A DNA stretch of 64,000 nucleotides from Candidatus Rifleibacteriota bacterium (GTDB lineage Bacteria; Muiribacteriota; Ozemobacteria; Ozemobacterales; Ozemobacteraceae): positions 26,061 to 90,060 of the forward strand of contig CAJOND010000030.1 in the NCBI GenBank assembly GCA_905236675.1, given 5' to 3'. The position numbers and the translations under genes were made by a program. The notes under the pieces are model-generated. The model worked only from the letters and a program-made list of their open reading frames with translations, was not told where the DNA came from and searched no databases. Positions within the stretch are counted from its first letter, which is position 1, and every line of letters begins with the position of its first letter. Shown here in pieces: positions 8,096 through 17,971 of the stretch.

Positions 8096-9961
8096 GTGTC
8101 TGAAGACTTTTCAATGAAACGAGCTGGTAACTACACCCTTGTTCGTAAGCTTGGTGATGGAGGCTTTGCAACTGTTTATCTAGCACAGCATACTGTATTA
8201 GAAAAAAAAGCAGCTGTAAAGCTTCTATTAGGAGAATGGGTCGAAGAAGAAGATGTAGTTACTAGATTTTTCGATGAAGCTCGTACTATGGAAAGTGTCA
8301 GTGAGCATCCGAACATAGTCAAAATAATAGATATTGCAACCAAGGAAAAATGTCAGGAAGAGGGTTTGCCTCCGTATTTCATAATGGAATACCTTGAAGG
8401 TAAGTCCTTGGAAGACTTGATGAAATCTACTGATGGCTTTACATTAGAGCAAATAGTGAAAATAATGGACTGTGCTCTATCTGCTTTACAGTTCTGTCAT
8501 GATCATGGTGTGGTTCATCGTGATATAAAACCTAGTAACTTTATGATGGACGCAGATGGCAATGTTAAGCTCACAGATTTTGGAATAGCAAAAGCAGCAG
8601 AAAATACAAGCAAAACTGGTGAAGGTTTAACCTTAGGTTCAACAGATTATATGTCGCCTGAACAGGCTTTAGGTAAACGAGATTTAGACTATCGTTCTGA
8701 TATATATTCTCTAGGAGTGACTTTATATCAGTTAGTATGTGATAGATTACCTTTTATTGCCGACAGTGCGAATGCTGTTGCTTTGAAGCATATACAAGAA
8801 AAACCAATTCCACCAATAGAAATTAATGCTGGAGTCCCTAGAAGGCTAAATAATATAATCCTGAAAGCTATGGAAAAAGAGCGTGAACATCGCTTTCAGT
8901 CATGTAATGAAATGCGGGAAGAGCTCGACAAGCTTTTAGATCCTAATGCCGAAGATGTTCCAGAAGAGCCAAAAGGAAATAAAACAGGGGTAAGAACAGG
9001 GGTAAAAACTGCTACTTTCGACTTGAGTAATATTAAACCAGAAAATGGCGATGATGAATTCAGTCGTGATGATTATGATATTACGACTAACTATACAGGA
9101 ATGACTACTCGAAAGCTGGTTAAAAAGCCTCCAGTAGTGTTAGTTGGATTCATACGGGTAACACTTATCATAGCTATTGCTTCAATCTTCTTTTTATCGA
9201 TGTTTTATCTCTATGGAAAATATACGAATGTACATTTAAAAATTTCTAGCTCGCCTTCTGGGGCAAAAATATATATAAACAAAAATCTTGTTGGAACTTC
9301 GCCAATTGAGCTAGATATAGCTCCTGCTCAGTATCTGATTTCTTTCAATTATGAAGGATATGAACAGAAAAATAATGCATATGTCGGGGAGTCTGGCAAG
9401 CCCTTAGAAGTTTCAGTAAAACTTAAAAAAATAGATAATGAAGGAAAAGCCAAATTAAAAACAGAATTAGAAGAATTAAGTAAAGCTGTTGCTAACTTAG
9501 AGAAAACAGCTAATAGTAAGTCTAAAAAAGACCAGGCGAACCATGCAAAGTTTGAAGAAGAAGCTTTAAATTATTATAATTCTATTTATCAATTATTTGA
9601 AAATCATGATTATGATTTTGATTATGGTTTGTCATATTTAAAGGCTAGTAAAGAACTCAATAAACTAGAAGAAGCAAAAAATAATATTACTTCTTTGATT
9701 TCTAAAGGTAAAAATACTTCTGAAATGCATTGTTTATTAAGTTATTTCTATAAGGAACTTGGCGATAAAGATAACTATAGACAAGAACTAGAAACTGCTT
9801 ATTCCGTGCCCGAAGGTTCCAATAATAAAGATGTTCTAAATGCTTTTGGACAATATTTCTTAGAAACAGGCGAAATAGAATTTGCTAAACAATATTTAGA
9901 ATTATCACTGTTTTTGTATCCTGATCAGCCAGATATAAAAGCTAAAAAAGAAAAGCTTTAA
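8096..9961 (+). CDS. Hanks-type Ser/Thr protein kinase with TM helix, PEGA-like domain and TPR-like C-terminal region
   Basis: VAVK-type lysine (AAVKLL), HRDIKPSNFMM, DFGIAKA, SPEQ. TM helix VTLIIAIASIFFLSMFYLY. PEGA-like segment SSSPSGAKIYINKNLVGTSPIELD. The start is GTG at 8096; an alternative ATG is at 8114. Confidence 0.9.
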   Translation: MSEDFSMKRAGNYTLVRKLGDGGFATVYLAQHTVLEKKAAVKLLLGEWVEEEDVVTRFFDEARTMESVSEHPNIVKIIDIATKEKCQEEGLPPYFIMEYLEGKSLEDLMKSTDGFTLEQIVKIMDCALSALQFCHDHGVVHRDIKPSNFMMDADGNVKLTDFGIAKAAENTSKTGEGLTLGSTDYMSPEQALGKRDLDYRSDIYSLGVTLYQLVCDRLPFIADSANAVALKHIQEKPIPPIEINAGVPRRLNNIILKAMEKEREHRFQSCNEMREELDKLLDPNAEDVPEEPKGNKTGVRTGVKTATFDLSNIKPENGDDEFSRDDYDITTNYTGMTTRKLVKKPPVVLVGFIRVTLIIAIASIFFLSMFYLYGKYTNVHLKISSSPSGAKIYINKNLVGTSPIELDIAPAQYLISFNYEGYEQKNNAYVGESGKPLEVSVKLKKIDNEGKAKLKTELEELSKAVANLEKTANSKSKKDQANHAKFEEEALNYYNSIYQLFENHDYDFDYGLSYLKASKELNKLEEAKNNITSLISKGKNTSEMHCLLSYFYKELGDKDNYRQELETAYSVPEGSNNKDVLNAFGQYFLETGEIEFAKQYLELSLFLYPDQPDIKAKKEKL

Positions 9962-9982
9962 AAAGAAAGGAGCAGAGAGAAA

Positions 9983-10864
9983 ATGCGTTATTCATTTTAT
10001 GGTGAAACCAATGTTGGAAAAGTTCGAGATCACAATGAAGATGCTTTTTTGACCTCGGATAAACATTCTTTTGGAATGGTTTCAGATGGAATGGGTGGGT
10101 TAGCTGCAGGTGAAGTTGCATCTCAAATAGTTAAGGACTCAGTAAACTCTGCTTTTGAAACAGCTGAATCTGGGACCGCATTATCTAGAATTGTAAATGA
10201 TGCTATTACAATTGCTAATACCAATGTTAGAAAGGCTCAAAAAGATAAGCCCGAAGCCAGCGGAATGGGATGCACTTGTGTTCTATTAGCTTTTCGTAAG
10301 AAAGAGTATTGTTTAGGTTATGTTGGAGACAGTCGCATTTATAGATATAGAGATAACCAGCTTCAACAACTGACTGTTGATCATTCATATGTTGAAGAGC
10401 TTTTTCAAAGAGGTTTAATTAGTGCTGATGAAAAAAGCACACATCCGTATAAAAATTCTATTACCAGATATGTTGGTCATGAGGATATCATCAAGGTAGA
10501 TGTATCTTCTGGGCCATTAAAACCCGGTGACAGATTTGTTTTGTGTTCAGATGGTTTGCATGGGGAAGTTACAGATACACAAATAGCTGGTGTTCTCCGT
10601 GACAATATGAATCCTAAGGATTGTGTTGAAAAACTTATACAGATGGCTTTAGAACACGGCGGTAAAGATAATGTTTCTGTCGTAGTTGCTTCTGTTGAAA
10701 ATGACTTGGATGAATTATCTTCTGGACAATTAAGTGGAGAAATAGTTCATAAGAAAAATTCAAAGAAAAAAGGTCTTTTACAAAAGTTCTTAGGTCTCTT
10801 TATCGATGAAGATGATGAAGATGACAATAATGACAATAAAAAAAGCCCATTAAAAAATAATTAA
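9983..10864 (+). CDS. PP2C-family Ser/Thr phosphatase
   Basis: NEDAF, SDGMGG, GDSRIY, LCSDGL and GGKDNVSV motifs. The tail is acidic and lysine-rich. Confidence 0.9.
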   Translation: MRYSFYGETNVGKVRDHNEDAFLTSDKHSFGMVSDGMGGLAAGEVASQIVKDSVNSAFETAESGTALSRIVNDAITIANTNVRKAQKDKPEASGMGCTCVLLAFRKKEYCLGYVGDSRIYRYRDNQLQQLTVDHSYVEELFQRGLISADEKSTHPYKNSITRYVGHEDIIKVDVSSGPLKPGDRFVLCSDGLHGEVTDTQIAGVLRDNMNPKDCVEKLIQMALEHGGKDNVSVVVASVENDLDELSSGQLSGEIVHKKNSKKKGLLQKFLGLFIDEDDEDDNNDNKKSPLKNN

Positions 10865-10895
10865 TTTCTTTAATGGGCCATGTTTTGAAAATATA

Positions 10896-12116
10896 TTAGC
10901 CTAATCCAAATACTTCTTTAAATAGTGCAAACATACTCCAGGTTCCGTTATCTGTATTTTCGCCAGCTATGCTTGCACATATTTGTCTTACAGAAGCAAG
11001 AATACCAGAGCCGTCACTTCCTTTAGAAAGAACAAAAGGAACACCTTTGTTTACTGATGGAACAACTATTTCGCCTGCAGACGGTATAAAATAGCTTATT
11101 GCATAACGTAAAGATTTTTCTACTTTTGAGGGTTCTAAGCCTAGTGATTTAAAAGCTCTATTAAGTATGACTTTTACTTTTTCGCGTGGAATTTTTAATC
11201 TTTGGAATAAATCTAATAATACTTTGGTATTTTTTATGAAAGTTAATTCCATTGTCATAACTAACATAATCAGATTACTTATGTCTAAAATTTTCAATTC
11301 CAAATCTGTTAATTGATTATGAGTGTCTATAATAATAAAATCGTAGTGAGGTTTTAATAAATCAATTATTCTTTCAACCAGTTCTGGTCTAATTGTTTCA
11401 GCATGTTCTGGTAATGAAGGTGGAAGAAGTACTTTTAACCCGGAAGGTTGATGAATAGTCAATTGTTCTTCTATATGAGATAATTTAAGGGATTTTTTGT
11501 TTACAAGTTTATGAATATTTTTATCATTGTTTAAACCTAAAAGAATTGCCTGGTCGCCAAAAGCTAAGTTTAAATCCATTAATACAACTCGTTTTTTCCA
11601 AAATCTGGCTAGCATCGTTGCCACATTAGCAGATATTACAGATTTCCCCGCACCTCCTTTAACATTAAAGAAAGTGATTACACGAGCTGGCTGCCCTTTG
11701 TCACCTGTTTCTTCCAATAAAAGGTTGGCTCTGCGAGAATATAAATCTCTGGATTCTTTTGCAAAACCTTGATATAGACCGATTAATCTTAAGTAAACTT
11801 CTTTTGGTATATAGACGAGTCTTAATTCCTGGTAACCAATCAATGTAGCTAATGATTTGGTCCCATTTAATATTTCTACTTCACCATAAACATCACCTGG
11901 ATCTAAATTGAATAAAGTCTTTTTTTCTCCACCATAGTTTTTTAAAACGGAGAGTTGCCCTTCGACAACTAGTATTAAATCTTTAACTTCTTCTTTTTCT
12001 ATTAGAATAGTCGTTCCAGATGTATATTGCTGAACACGGCATTGTTTACTAAGTTTTTCTAATTCACGTGTTGGTAATGTACTGAAAAAAGAAAAATTTT
12101 TTAGGTTTATTATCAT
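10896..12116 (-). CDS. cyclic-nucleotide-binding domain fused to a TadZ/CpaE-like ATPase
   Basis: The N-terminal cNMP-binding fold reads FSTLPTRELEKL...GDVYGEVEILNG. ATPase part: ITFFNVKGGAGKSVISANVA then VVLMDLNLAFGD. I prefer the ATG at 12116, preceded by GGGGGA, over the TTG at 12128 used in the track. Confidence 0.75.
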   Translation of the reverse strand: MIINLKNFSFFSTLPTRELEKLSKQCRVQQYTSGTTILIEKEEVKDLILVVEGQLSVLKNYGGEKKTLFNLDPGDVYGEVEILNGTKSLATLIGYQELRLVYIPKEVYLRLIGLYQGFAKESRDLYSRRANLLLEETGDKGQPARVITFFNVKGGAGKSVISANVATMLARFWKKRVVLMDLNLAFGDQAILLGLNNDKNIHKLVNKKSLKLSHIEEQLTIHQPSGLKVLLPPSLPEHAETIRPELVERIIDLLKPHYDFIIIDTHNQLTDLELKILDISNLIMLVMTMELTFIKNTKVLLDLFQRLKIPREKVKVILNRAFKSLGLEPSKVEKSLRYAISYFIPSAGEIVVPSVNKGVPFVLSKGSDGSGILASVRQICASIAGENTDNGTWSMFALFKEVFGLG

Positions 12117-12288
12117 AAATTCCCCCAAAGAGCTACGTAATTATATTTTACACAATAATTTTCTTCTTATCAATGAATTTTGATTTTACAGTTATAAAAT
12201 ATTATTAAAATGCTTTTTTTATTTAAAAAAGGTAAACTTTTATATAAAAATAGGGTATCATTATAAGCAATGTATAGGGGGAAATTTT

Positions 12289-13575
12289 ATGTACAAACAT
12301 ACCAATCTTTTGTTGGCAGTTTGGGTGGCTACATTTATGCTGGTCAATCCAATCTTTGCTAATTCTCCGTTTGATGTAAATACTTCTGTTAAAGACTCTA
12401 CATTATCAGTTGGAACTTCTGATTCAAGTGAATCAATAGTTTCCATTTCTTCTGAGTCAGATGAATCTACAACAAAAATGAGTGGTGTTGTTACGGCAGA
12501 AGCATTGAATATTCGTTCAGCTCCATGGGGCGATATAATTGGTACCTACAAAAAAGGTGATAAAATAGAAATATTAGGCACTTTAGGAGATTGGTACAAA
12601 GTAGAATATAACGGAAAAACTGGTTACGTTCATGGTAACTGGGTTACTACACCGAATAAAAAAGGTCAGACAAAAGCTAAATATGGCGTTGTTAGTAACT
12701 GTTATTGGCTGAATGTAAGAAGAACTCCATCTGGGGATATTTTAACTCAGTTTAAGAGTGGTCAGCAGGTTTATATTCTAGGTGAAGTCGGTGATTGGTA
12801 TAAAATTAAATATAATGGAAATGAAGCTTTTGTTTCTAAGAAATATATAGATTTGACAGATTCTGCTTCTTCCGGTTCAACTACTACTAATAATAGTAGT
12901 AATTCTAGTTTCGAATCATTCACGGGCTACGTTAATGCTACTGCTTTAAATGTTAGAGATGGTGAATGGGGAACAATTGTTGGAAGTCTTTATAAAGGTG
13001 ATGCAGTAAAAGTAATCGGAAAGAGCGGAGATTGGTATCTTGTTGAATTTAATGGTAAAACAAGATACGTATCTGCAAATTATATCTATAATTCAAAAGT
13101 TTCTGATGATTCTCCAACTAGTTCACAAAGCACTAGTAATGCTATTTCTGCAGGTAATGGTACTTTACAGCAAAAGATAGTTTCTTCTGCCAGATCATTA
13201 GTAGGAAGCACTAATTTTAGAACTTCTGATGTAAGCGGTGGACGATTGGCCTGTGCTAAGGTTGCAACTACTGCTTTAAAGAATGCTGGTGCTTTAGATA
13301 GAGTTTACTTGAATTGTCGTGATTCTGTTAAAGCATTAAAAGCAAAAGGCTGGGTAGAAGTTACTCCACCACCTTATCAGGAAGGTGACGTTATTACTTG
13401 GAAAACATACGATTATACTGGTGATGGTATTAAAGATGAAGATACACATATTGGTATTATTCTTAAAGATGGCAATACTTATAAAGCTATGAATAACTCT
13501 TCTTCTTTAAGAACTCCTCGTATTACAAACATTAATATTGCACCAGTTTCAAGAGTTCTAAGAAAAGTTAATTGA
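12289..13575 (+). CDS. secreted protein with three SH3b domains and a C-terminal Cys/His papain-like (NlpC/P60- or CHAP-type) putative cell-wall hydrolase domain
   Basis: Signal peptide. Three repeats of ALNIR...GDWYKVEYNGKTGYV type. C-terminal GGRLACAKVATTALKNAG ... DTHIGIIL. Confidence 0.6.
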   Translation: MYKHTNLLLAVWVATFMLVNPIFANSPFDVNTSVKDSTLSVGTSDSSESIVSISSESDESTTKMSGVVTAEALNIRSAPWGDIIGTYKKGDKIEILGTLGDWYKVEYNGKTGYVHGNWVTTPNKKGQTKAKYGVVSNCYWLNVRRTPSGDILTQFKSGQQVYILGEVGDWYKIKYNGNEAFVSKKYIDLTDSASSGSTTTNNSSNSSFESFTGYVNATALNVRDGEWGTIVGSLYKGDAVKVIGKSGDWYLVEFNGKTRYVSANYIYNSKVSDDSPTSSQSTSNAISAGNGTLQQKIVSSARSLVGSTNFRTSDVSGGRLACAKVATTALKNAGALDRVYLNCRDSVKALKAKGWVEVTPPPYQEGDVITWKTYDYTGDGIKDEDTHIGIILKDGNTYKAMNNSSSLRTPRITNINIAPVSRVLRKVN

Positions 13576-13583
13576 GGTAATAG

Positions 13584-14570
13584 ATGAAATCATTTTCTCT
13601 TTTATATGTTGCTGCTTTTCTGGGTCTGGCAAGTCTTTGCCAGGCTCAGACCTGGAATTTAAATTATGGAAACGAAGAAGGCAAAGTTGCCTTTTATAAC
13701 AGTAAAAGTGACCCTAATTTTGCAGAGGACTCCCCCTATGGTCCGATGGCATTTAGGGTTATAGACGATAAATTATGGGTTTTGGATTCCATAGTTGGAA
13801 AACTAGTCTGTTTTGATAAAAATGGCAAAGTATTAAAATCTATTATTGTTCCTAATTTAGAAGGTTTTAAACTTCTTGAGGACTTTGCTTTGTCTGGTGA
13901 TGATAAAAATAATCCGGAAGCTGTATGGATAGCAAATGCTGCAGATTGTATTGTTAGAAAAATATCTATTTCTGACGGTAAAGTTCTTGCAGAAGTTGGC
14001 GGGAATGAAAATGTATCCGGGAAAATATTACAGGTTAGCCAGTTGGAAGTTGATGCTGGTGGGCGTTTGTATATTGCGGATATAGCAAGAAATACTTTGT
14101 CTGTTTTTACTTCTACAGGTTCATTTTTACGAGAATATCCGTGGCAGTCGTCTGGATTTTTTGTAGATAAAAATGCAAATCTTCATTTGCTTCATTATCT
14201 TGATAATACTGGTTATTTCCATAGGATTTACTCGACGAAAGGTCAACTTATAAAGAATGTGCACTTGGGTCTGGTAAATAATACCAATGTTAAGCTGTTA
14301 AAAGTTGAAGAAGATGGATCCGTTATTTTATCAATGATTCCCAAAGAAGGGTTCAAAGGGGTAATGCTTTTATATAAAATAGATAAAATGGGAATTATTA
14401 GAGAAAAACTGGAATATGTTCCTCCTTCTACCATGAATAGAGATATTTGTCTTGATGGAGATAATATTTTTCTTGCAGAGGCCAATTTTGAAACAGCTCC
14501 TAATACAAAATTTGTTATAAAACCTCTGAAATGGGATAAAAAGTCCTCCTTTAATGATGGGGCAAAGTAA
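13584..14570 (+). CDS. secreted beta-propeller-like (NHL-like) protein
   Basis: Signal peptide LGLASLCQAQ. NHL-like strands such as GRLYIADIARNTLSVFTSTGSF. Confidence 0.5.
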   Translation: MKSFSLLYVAAFLGLASLCQAQTWNLNYGNEEGKVAFYNSKSDPNFAEDSPYGPMAFRVIDDKLWVLDSIVGKLVCFDKNGKVLKSIIVPNLEGFKLLEDFALSGDDKNNPEAVWIANAADCIVRKISISDGKVLAEVGGNENVSGKILQVSQLEVDAGGRLYIADIARNTLSVFTSTGSFLREYPWQSSGFFVDKNANLHLLHYLDNTGYFHRIYSTKGQLIKNVHLGLVNNTNVKLLKVEEDGSVILSMIPKEGFKGVMLLYKIDKMGIIREKLEYVPPSTMNRDICLDGDNIFLAEANFETAPNTKFVIKPLKWDKKSSFNDGAK

Positions 14571-14591
14571 AACTGACCCAAGGAAATAAAA

Positions 14592-15431
14592 ATGAAACAA
14601 AGAATTAAAACTATACTGTTTTTATTGTTATTTTTAATAAGTTTAACATCTTCTGTCACTGCTTTGGAGATTAAATCAGAATCGATTACCAAAATACCAG
14701 ATGATATTTCTGCAAATATAATTGGTATGCGTGTATATAAAGAATTAGCTTATATAATGAACGCTAATGGCAAATATATAATAATTAATCTGACAGATGG
14801 CGATATTTCAAGTTTTAAAATTGACAGTGCTAATAAAATCCTTGATTTTGATGTAGTCTTAGGAAAAATTATATATTTAGATGATCAAGGAATGCTAGGT
14901 GGTCATGCGTTTCCAAAATGGTCAAAAGGACCTTATAAAGATGTCTGTCAAATAGAAGCCTGTGACCAGGGATTAATTCTTTCTGGTGGTAACAATTCAT
15001 ATTTTTTATCTAAAAATGCTACTACAAGTATAGAGTTACCTGAAATTAATTTTGCATTACCAGTAAATAATGGTTTTATCTGGTCTATGTCATTAGATAA
15101 AGAAAAACATTGGCAAGCTAACCTTTACGATTGTTTTGGAAATCTGATGGGTAATGTTTATAAATTCAGCGAATATTTTGAACCTACTAATATTGAAATC
15201 GGTCCTAATGGTATTGAAGGTGAAATGCTTATTTCTGCAACAGAAGGAGCAGTAAGAACTCTTGCTCTTATAGGTAATAACGGAAGAATGTTCTGGAAAA
15301 TTAATGGACCTCAGAAAGTTTGTGCTAGAGATGTAGGCTTTGATCAGATGGATGATTTGATTGTTTTAGATAGAAATACTGATGGAGATATAGTTATATC
15401 AAGATGGAAATTTACTATTCCAGAAGGCTGA
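14592..15431 (+). CDS. secreted protein of unknown function
   Basis: Signal peptide. The ORF is tightly spaced within the operon. No motif recognised. Confidence 0.6.
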   Translation: MKQRIKTILFLLLFLISLTSSVTALEIKSESITKIPDDISANIIGMRVYKELAYIMNANGKYIIINLTDGDISSFKIDSANKILDFDVVLGKIIYLDDQGMLGGHAFPKWSKGPYKDVCQIEACDQGLILSGGNNSYFLSKNATTSIELPEINFALPVNNGFIWSMSLDKEKHWQANLYDCFGNLMGNVYKFSEYFEPTNIEIGPNGIEGEMLISATEGAVRTLALIGNNGRMFWKINGPQKVCARDVGFDQMDDLIVLDRNTDGDIVISRWKFTIPEG

Positions 15432-15449
15432 TTTTAATTACTAATTTCT

Positions 15450-16130
15450 ATGAGTAATGCTGAATTGAGATTGTTTCTGGTTTTTAAGGTAAAAAATGAT
15501 TTTATAATAAAAAGAAAAACAGGTTTTACCTTAATGGAAATAATGATTGTAATTATTGTTATTGCTATTCTTGCCTCCATTGCTGGGCCAATGATTGGCA
15601 ACATAACAGATCAAGGACGTTCTTCTGCAACAAAGACGAAGTTAGATACTTTAAAGCAGGCTTTGATTAAGTATAACAGTGATATTGGTCGTTTCCCTAG
15701 TATGAGTGCTGATGTTACAGATGTTAGGGCTTTTTGCCAAGATAGAGTAATGAATCTTGAAGGTAGAACTGACAATAAATACAATGTTTTAATTAGCAAT
15801 AATAATGTTGAAGTCAACATGAATAATTACGAAAAAAGATGGAATGGTCCTTATATGGATTCTGACCCTTCAGATTTTATGTATGATTCATGGGGTAATC
15901 CTATTTGGTATATAAGGTATTATAAAAATTTATATTTATGGTCAGCAGGGGCTGATGGAGAATTCTATAAGAAAGGTAAATTCTATAATGCTGATTGTGC
16001 TTTTAGGCAACAGTCTAATGAGGAAAACGAACTCTGTGATGATATATTAATATCAGTTTATAGATTTAAAAAAGCAGCTCCAGAAGATAAGTCAATGGAA
16101 CAGACCCCTCCTCCTAAAATACACTTATAA
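15450..16130 (+). CDS. GspG-like type II secretion/type IV pilus major pseudopilin
   Basis: Prepilin motif KTGFTLMEIMIVIIVIAILASIAGP. GspG-like TKTKLDTLKQALIKYNSDIGRFPS and DSWGNPIWY. The leader is unusually long (24 aa) if the ATG at 15450 is used. Confidence 0.75.
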   Translation: MSNAELRLFLVFKVKNDFIIKRKTGFTLMEIMIVIIVIAILASIAGPMIGNITDQGRSSATKTKLDTLKQALIKYNSDIGRFPSMSADVTDVRAFCQDRVMNLEGRTDNKYNVLISNNNVEVNMNNYEKRWNGPYMDSDPSDFMYDSWGNPIWYIRYYKNLYLWSAGADGEFYKKGKFYNADCAFRQQSNEENELCDDILISVYRFKKAAPEDKSMEQTPPPKIHL

Positions 16131-16137
16131 TCTACTA

Positions 16138-17940
16138 TTATTCTTCATCTGGTTTTAGAACAGCCATAAAAGCTTTTTGTGGTATTTCAACATTCCCGAC
16201 CATTTTCATACGCTTTTTCCCTTCTTTTTGTTTTTCAAGAAGTTTGCGTTTTCTTGTAATGTCACCACCGTAACATTTTGCTAGAACGTCTTTTCTAACT
16301 GGAGCTATATTTTCTCTGGCTATAATTTTAGCTCCTATTGCCGCTTGCAATGGAATTTGGAACTGGTGGCGAGGAATTAGTTTTCGTAATTTAGTGATAA
16401 CGTTTCTGCCTCTATATTCTGCTTTGTCTTTATGACAGAGAAAAGAAAGTGCATCAACCTTATCTCCATTTACTAGTATTTCTACACGAGCAATATTGGA
16501 TGCTCTATACCCTATATTTTCATAATCTAACGATGCATAACCTCTAGTTCTGCTTTTAAGTTTATCATAAAAATCTACAATTATTTCTGAAAGTGGCAAA
16601 TCAAAAGAGATTGAAACACGATTTTCAGAAATAAATTCCATTGTATCCATTACACCACGTCGTTCTTTTGCCAGTTCCATAATTGTGCCTATAAATTCCT
16701 TAGGCATAAATATAGTGGCATGAACAAAAGGTTCGCGTATTTCTTCTATTTTAGTTAAATCAGGAAGTTTTGAAGGTGAATCAATTTCGATCACTGATCC
16801 ATCTACAAGTTTAATCTGGTATATAACGTTTGGGGCAGTTGTTACTAAATCTAGGTCATATTCTCTTTCGAGGCGTTCTTGTATGATTTCCATATGAAGT
16901 AGGCCCAAGAAACCGCATCTGAAGCCAAAGCCTAAAGCCAATGAATTTTCAGGGAAATAAGAAAGGCTGGCATCATTCAAAGTAAGTTTTTCTAGGGCTG
17001 TTCTTAAATCATTGAATGCGTTGGTTTCAACAGGATACAGACCACAGAAAACCATTTGTTTGGCTTTTTGGAAACCAGGTATAGCTTCAACATCTTTGAA
17101 TTTTTCCAAGACAACAGTATCGCCGATGTGAACCTGTCTCATTTCTTTAATGGTTGCATCGAAAAAGCCGACTTTACCTGTTTCAAGCTGGTCAGTCAAT
17201 GTCATTTTGGGTGTGAAAACGCCAGTTTCAATGACTTCAAAGCTACCTTCAGTTTCTTTGAATTTAACTTTATCGCCTTTTTTGATGCAGCCGTCTATGA
17301 GGCGTATATAAACAATAACACCTTTGTATGAGTCGTAAACAGCGTCAAAAATAAGTGCTCTTAAAGGTTTTTCTTCTTCTCCTTTAGGTGCAGGTATTCT
17401 TGCGACTATAGCTTCTAGTAGTTCTGGAACTCCGGTTCCTTCTTTTGCCGAAACTAATAAAGCTTCAGAGCAATCTACCCCTATTAGGTTTTCAATTTCT
17501 TCTTTAACTTTATCTGGGTCGGAAGAAGGTAAATCTATTTTATTTATTACAGGAATAATTTCTAAGTCATTAGCTATGGCAAGGGTTGCATTAGCCATTG
17601 TTTGTGCTTCAACTCCTTGTGTTGCATCTACAACAAGGAGAGCACCTTCACAAGCTGCTATTGAACGAGAAACTTCGTATGAAAAATCTACATGGCCTGG
17701 TGTGTCAATAAGATTCAAGCAATATTCTTGCCCATCTTTAGCTGTGTAGTTCATTCTGACTGCTTGAGCCTTGATTGTAATACCACGTTCTTTTTCAAGA
17801 TCCATGGAATCAAGAAGCTGGTCTTTCATTTCACGTTTGCTGACAGTGGAAGTAAACTCAATTAAACGGTCCGCCAAGGTTGATTTACCATGGTCTATAT
17901 GTGCGACGATACAAAAATTGCGTATTTTATTCAGTGACAA
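16138..17940 (-). CDS. lepA: translation elongation factor 4
   Basis: [32 protein letters not shown] and the conserved LepA C-terminal domain. 600 aa. Confidence 0.97.
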   Translation of the reverse strand: MSLNKIRNFCIVAHIDHGKSTLADRLIEFTSTVSKREMKDQLLDSMDLEKERGITIKAQAVRMNYTAKDGQEYCLNLIDTPGHVDFSYEVSRSIAACEGALLVVDATQGVEAQTMANATLAIANDLEIIPVINKIDLPSSDPDKVKEEIENLIGVDCSEALLVSAKEGTGVPELLEAIVARIPAPKGEEEKPLRALIFDAVYDSYKGVIVYIRLIDGCIKKGDKVKFKETEGSFEVIETGVFTPKMTLTDQLETGKVGFFDATIKEMRQVHIGDTVVLEKFKDVEAIPGFQKAKQMVFCGLYPVETNAFNDLRTALEKLTLNDASLSYFPENSLALGFGFRCGFLGLLHMEIIQERLEREYDLDLVTTAPNVIYQIKLVDGSVIEIDSPSKLPDLTKIEEIREPFVHATIFMPKEFIGTIMELAKERRGVMDTMEFISENRVSISFDLPLSEIIVDFYDKLKSRTRGYASLDYENIGYRASNIARVEILVNGDKVDALSFLCHKDKAEYRGRNVITKLRKLIPRHQFQIPLQAAIGAKIIARENIAPVRKDVLAKCYGGDITRKRKLLEKQKEGKKRMKMVGNVEIPQKAFMAVLKPDEE

Positions 17941-17971
17941 GAGTTTACTCCTAATTATTCATTATAATATT

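Noticed and set aside
14243-14692. 149-aa and 76-aa minus-strand ORFs overlapping two plus-strand genes
   Set aside because: They are antisense to well-supported secreted-protein genes and to the intergenic SD region. They have AT-rich shadow-ORF composition.
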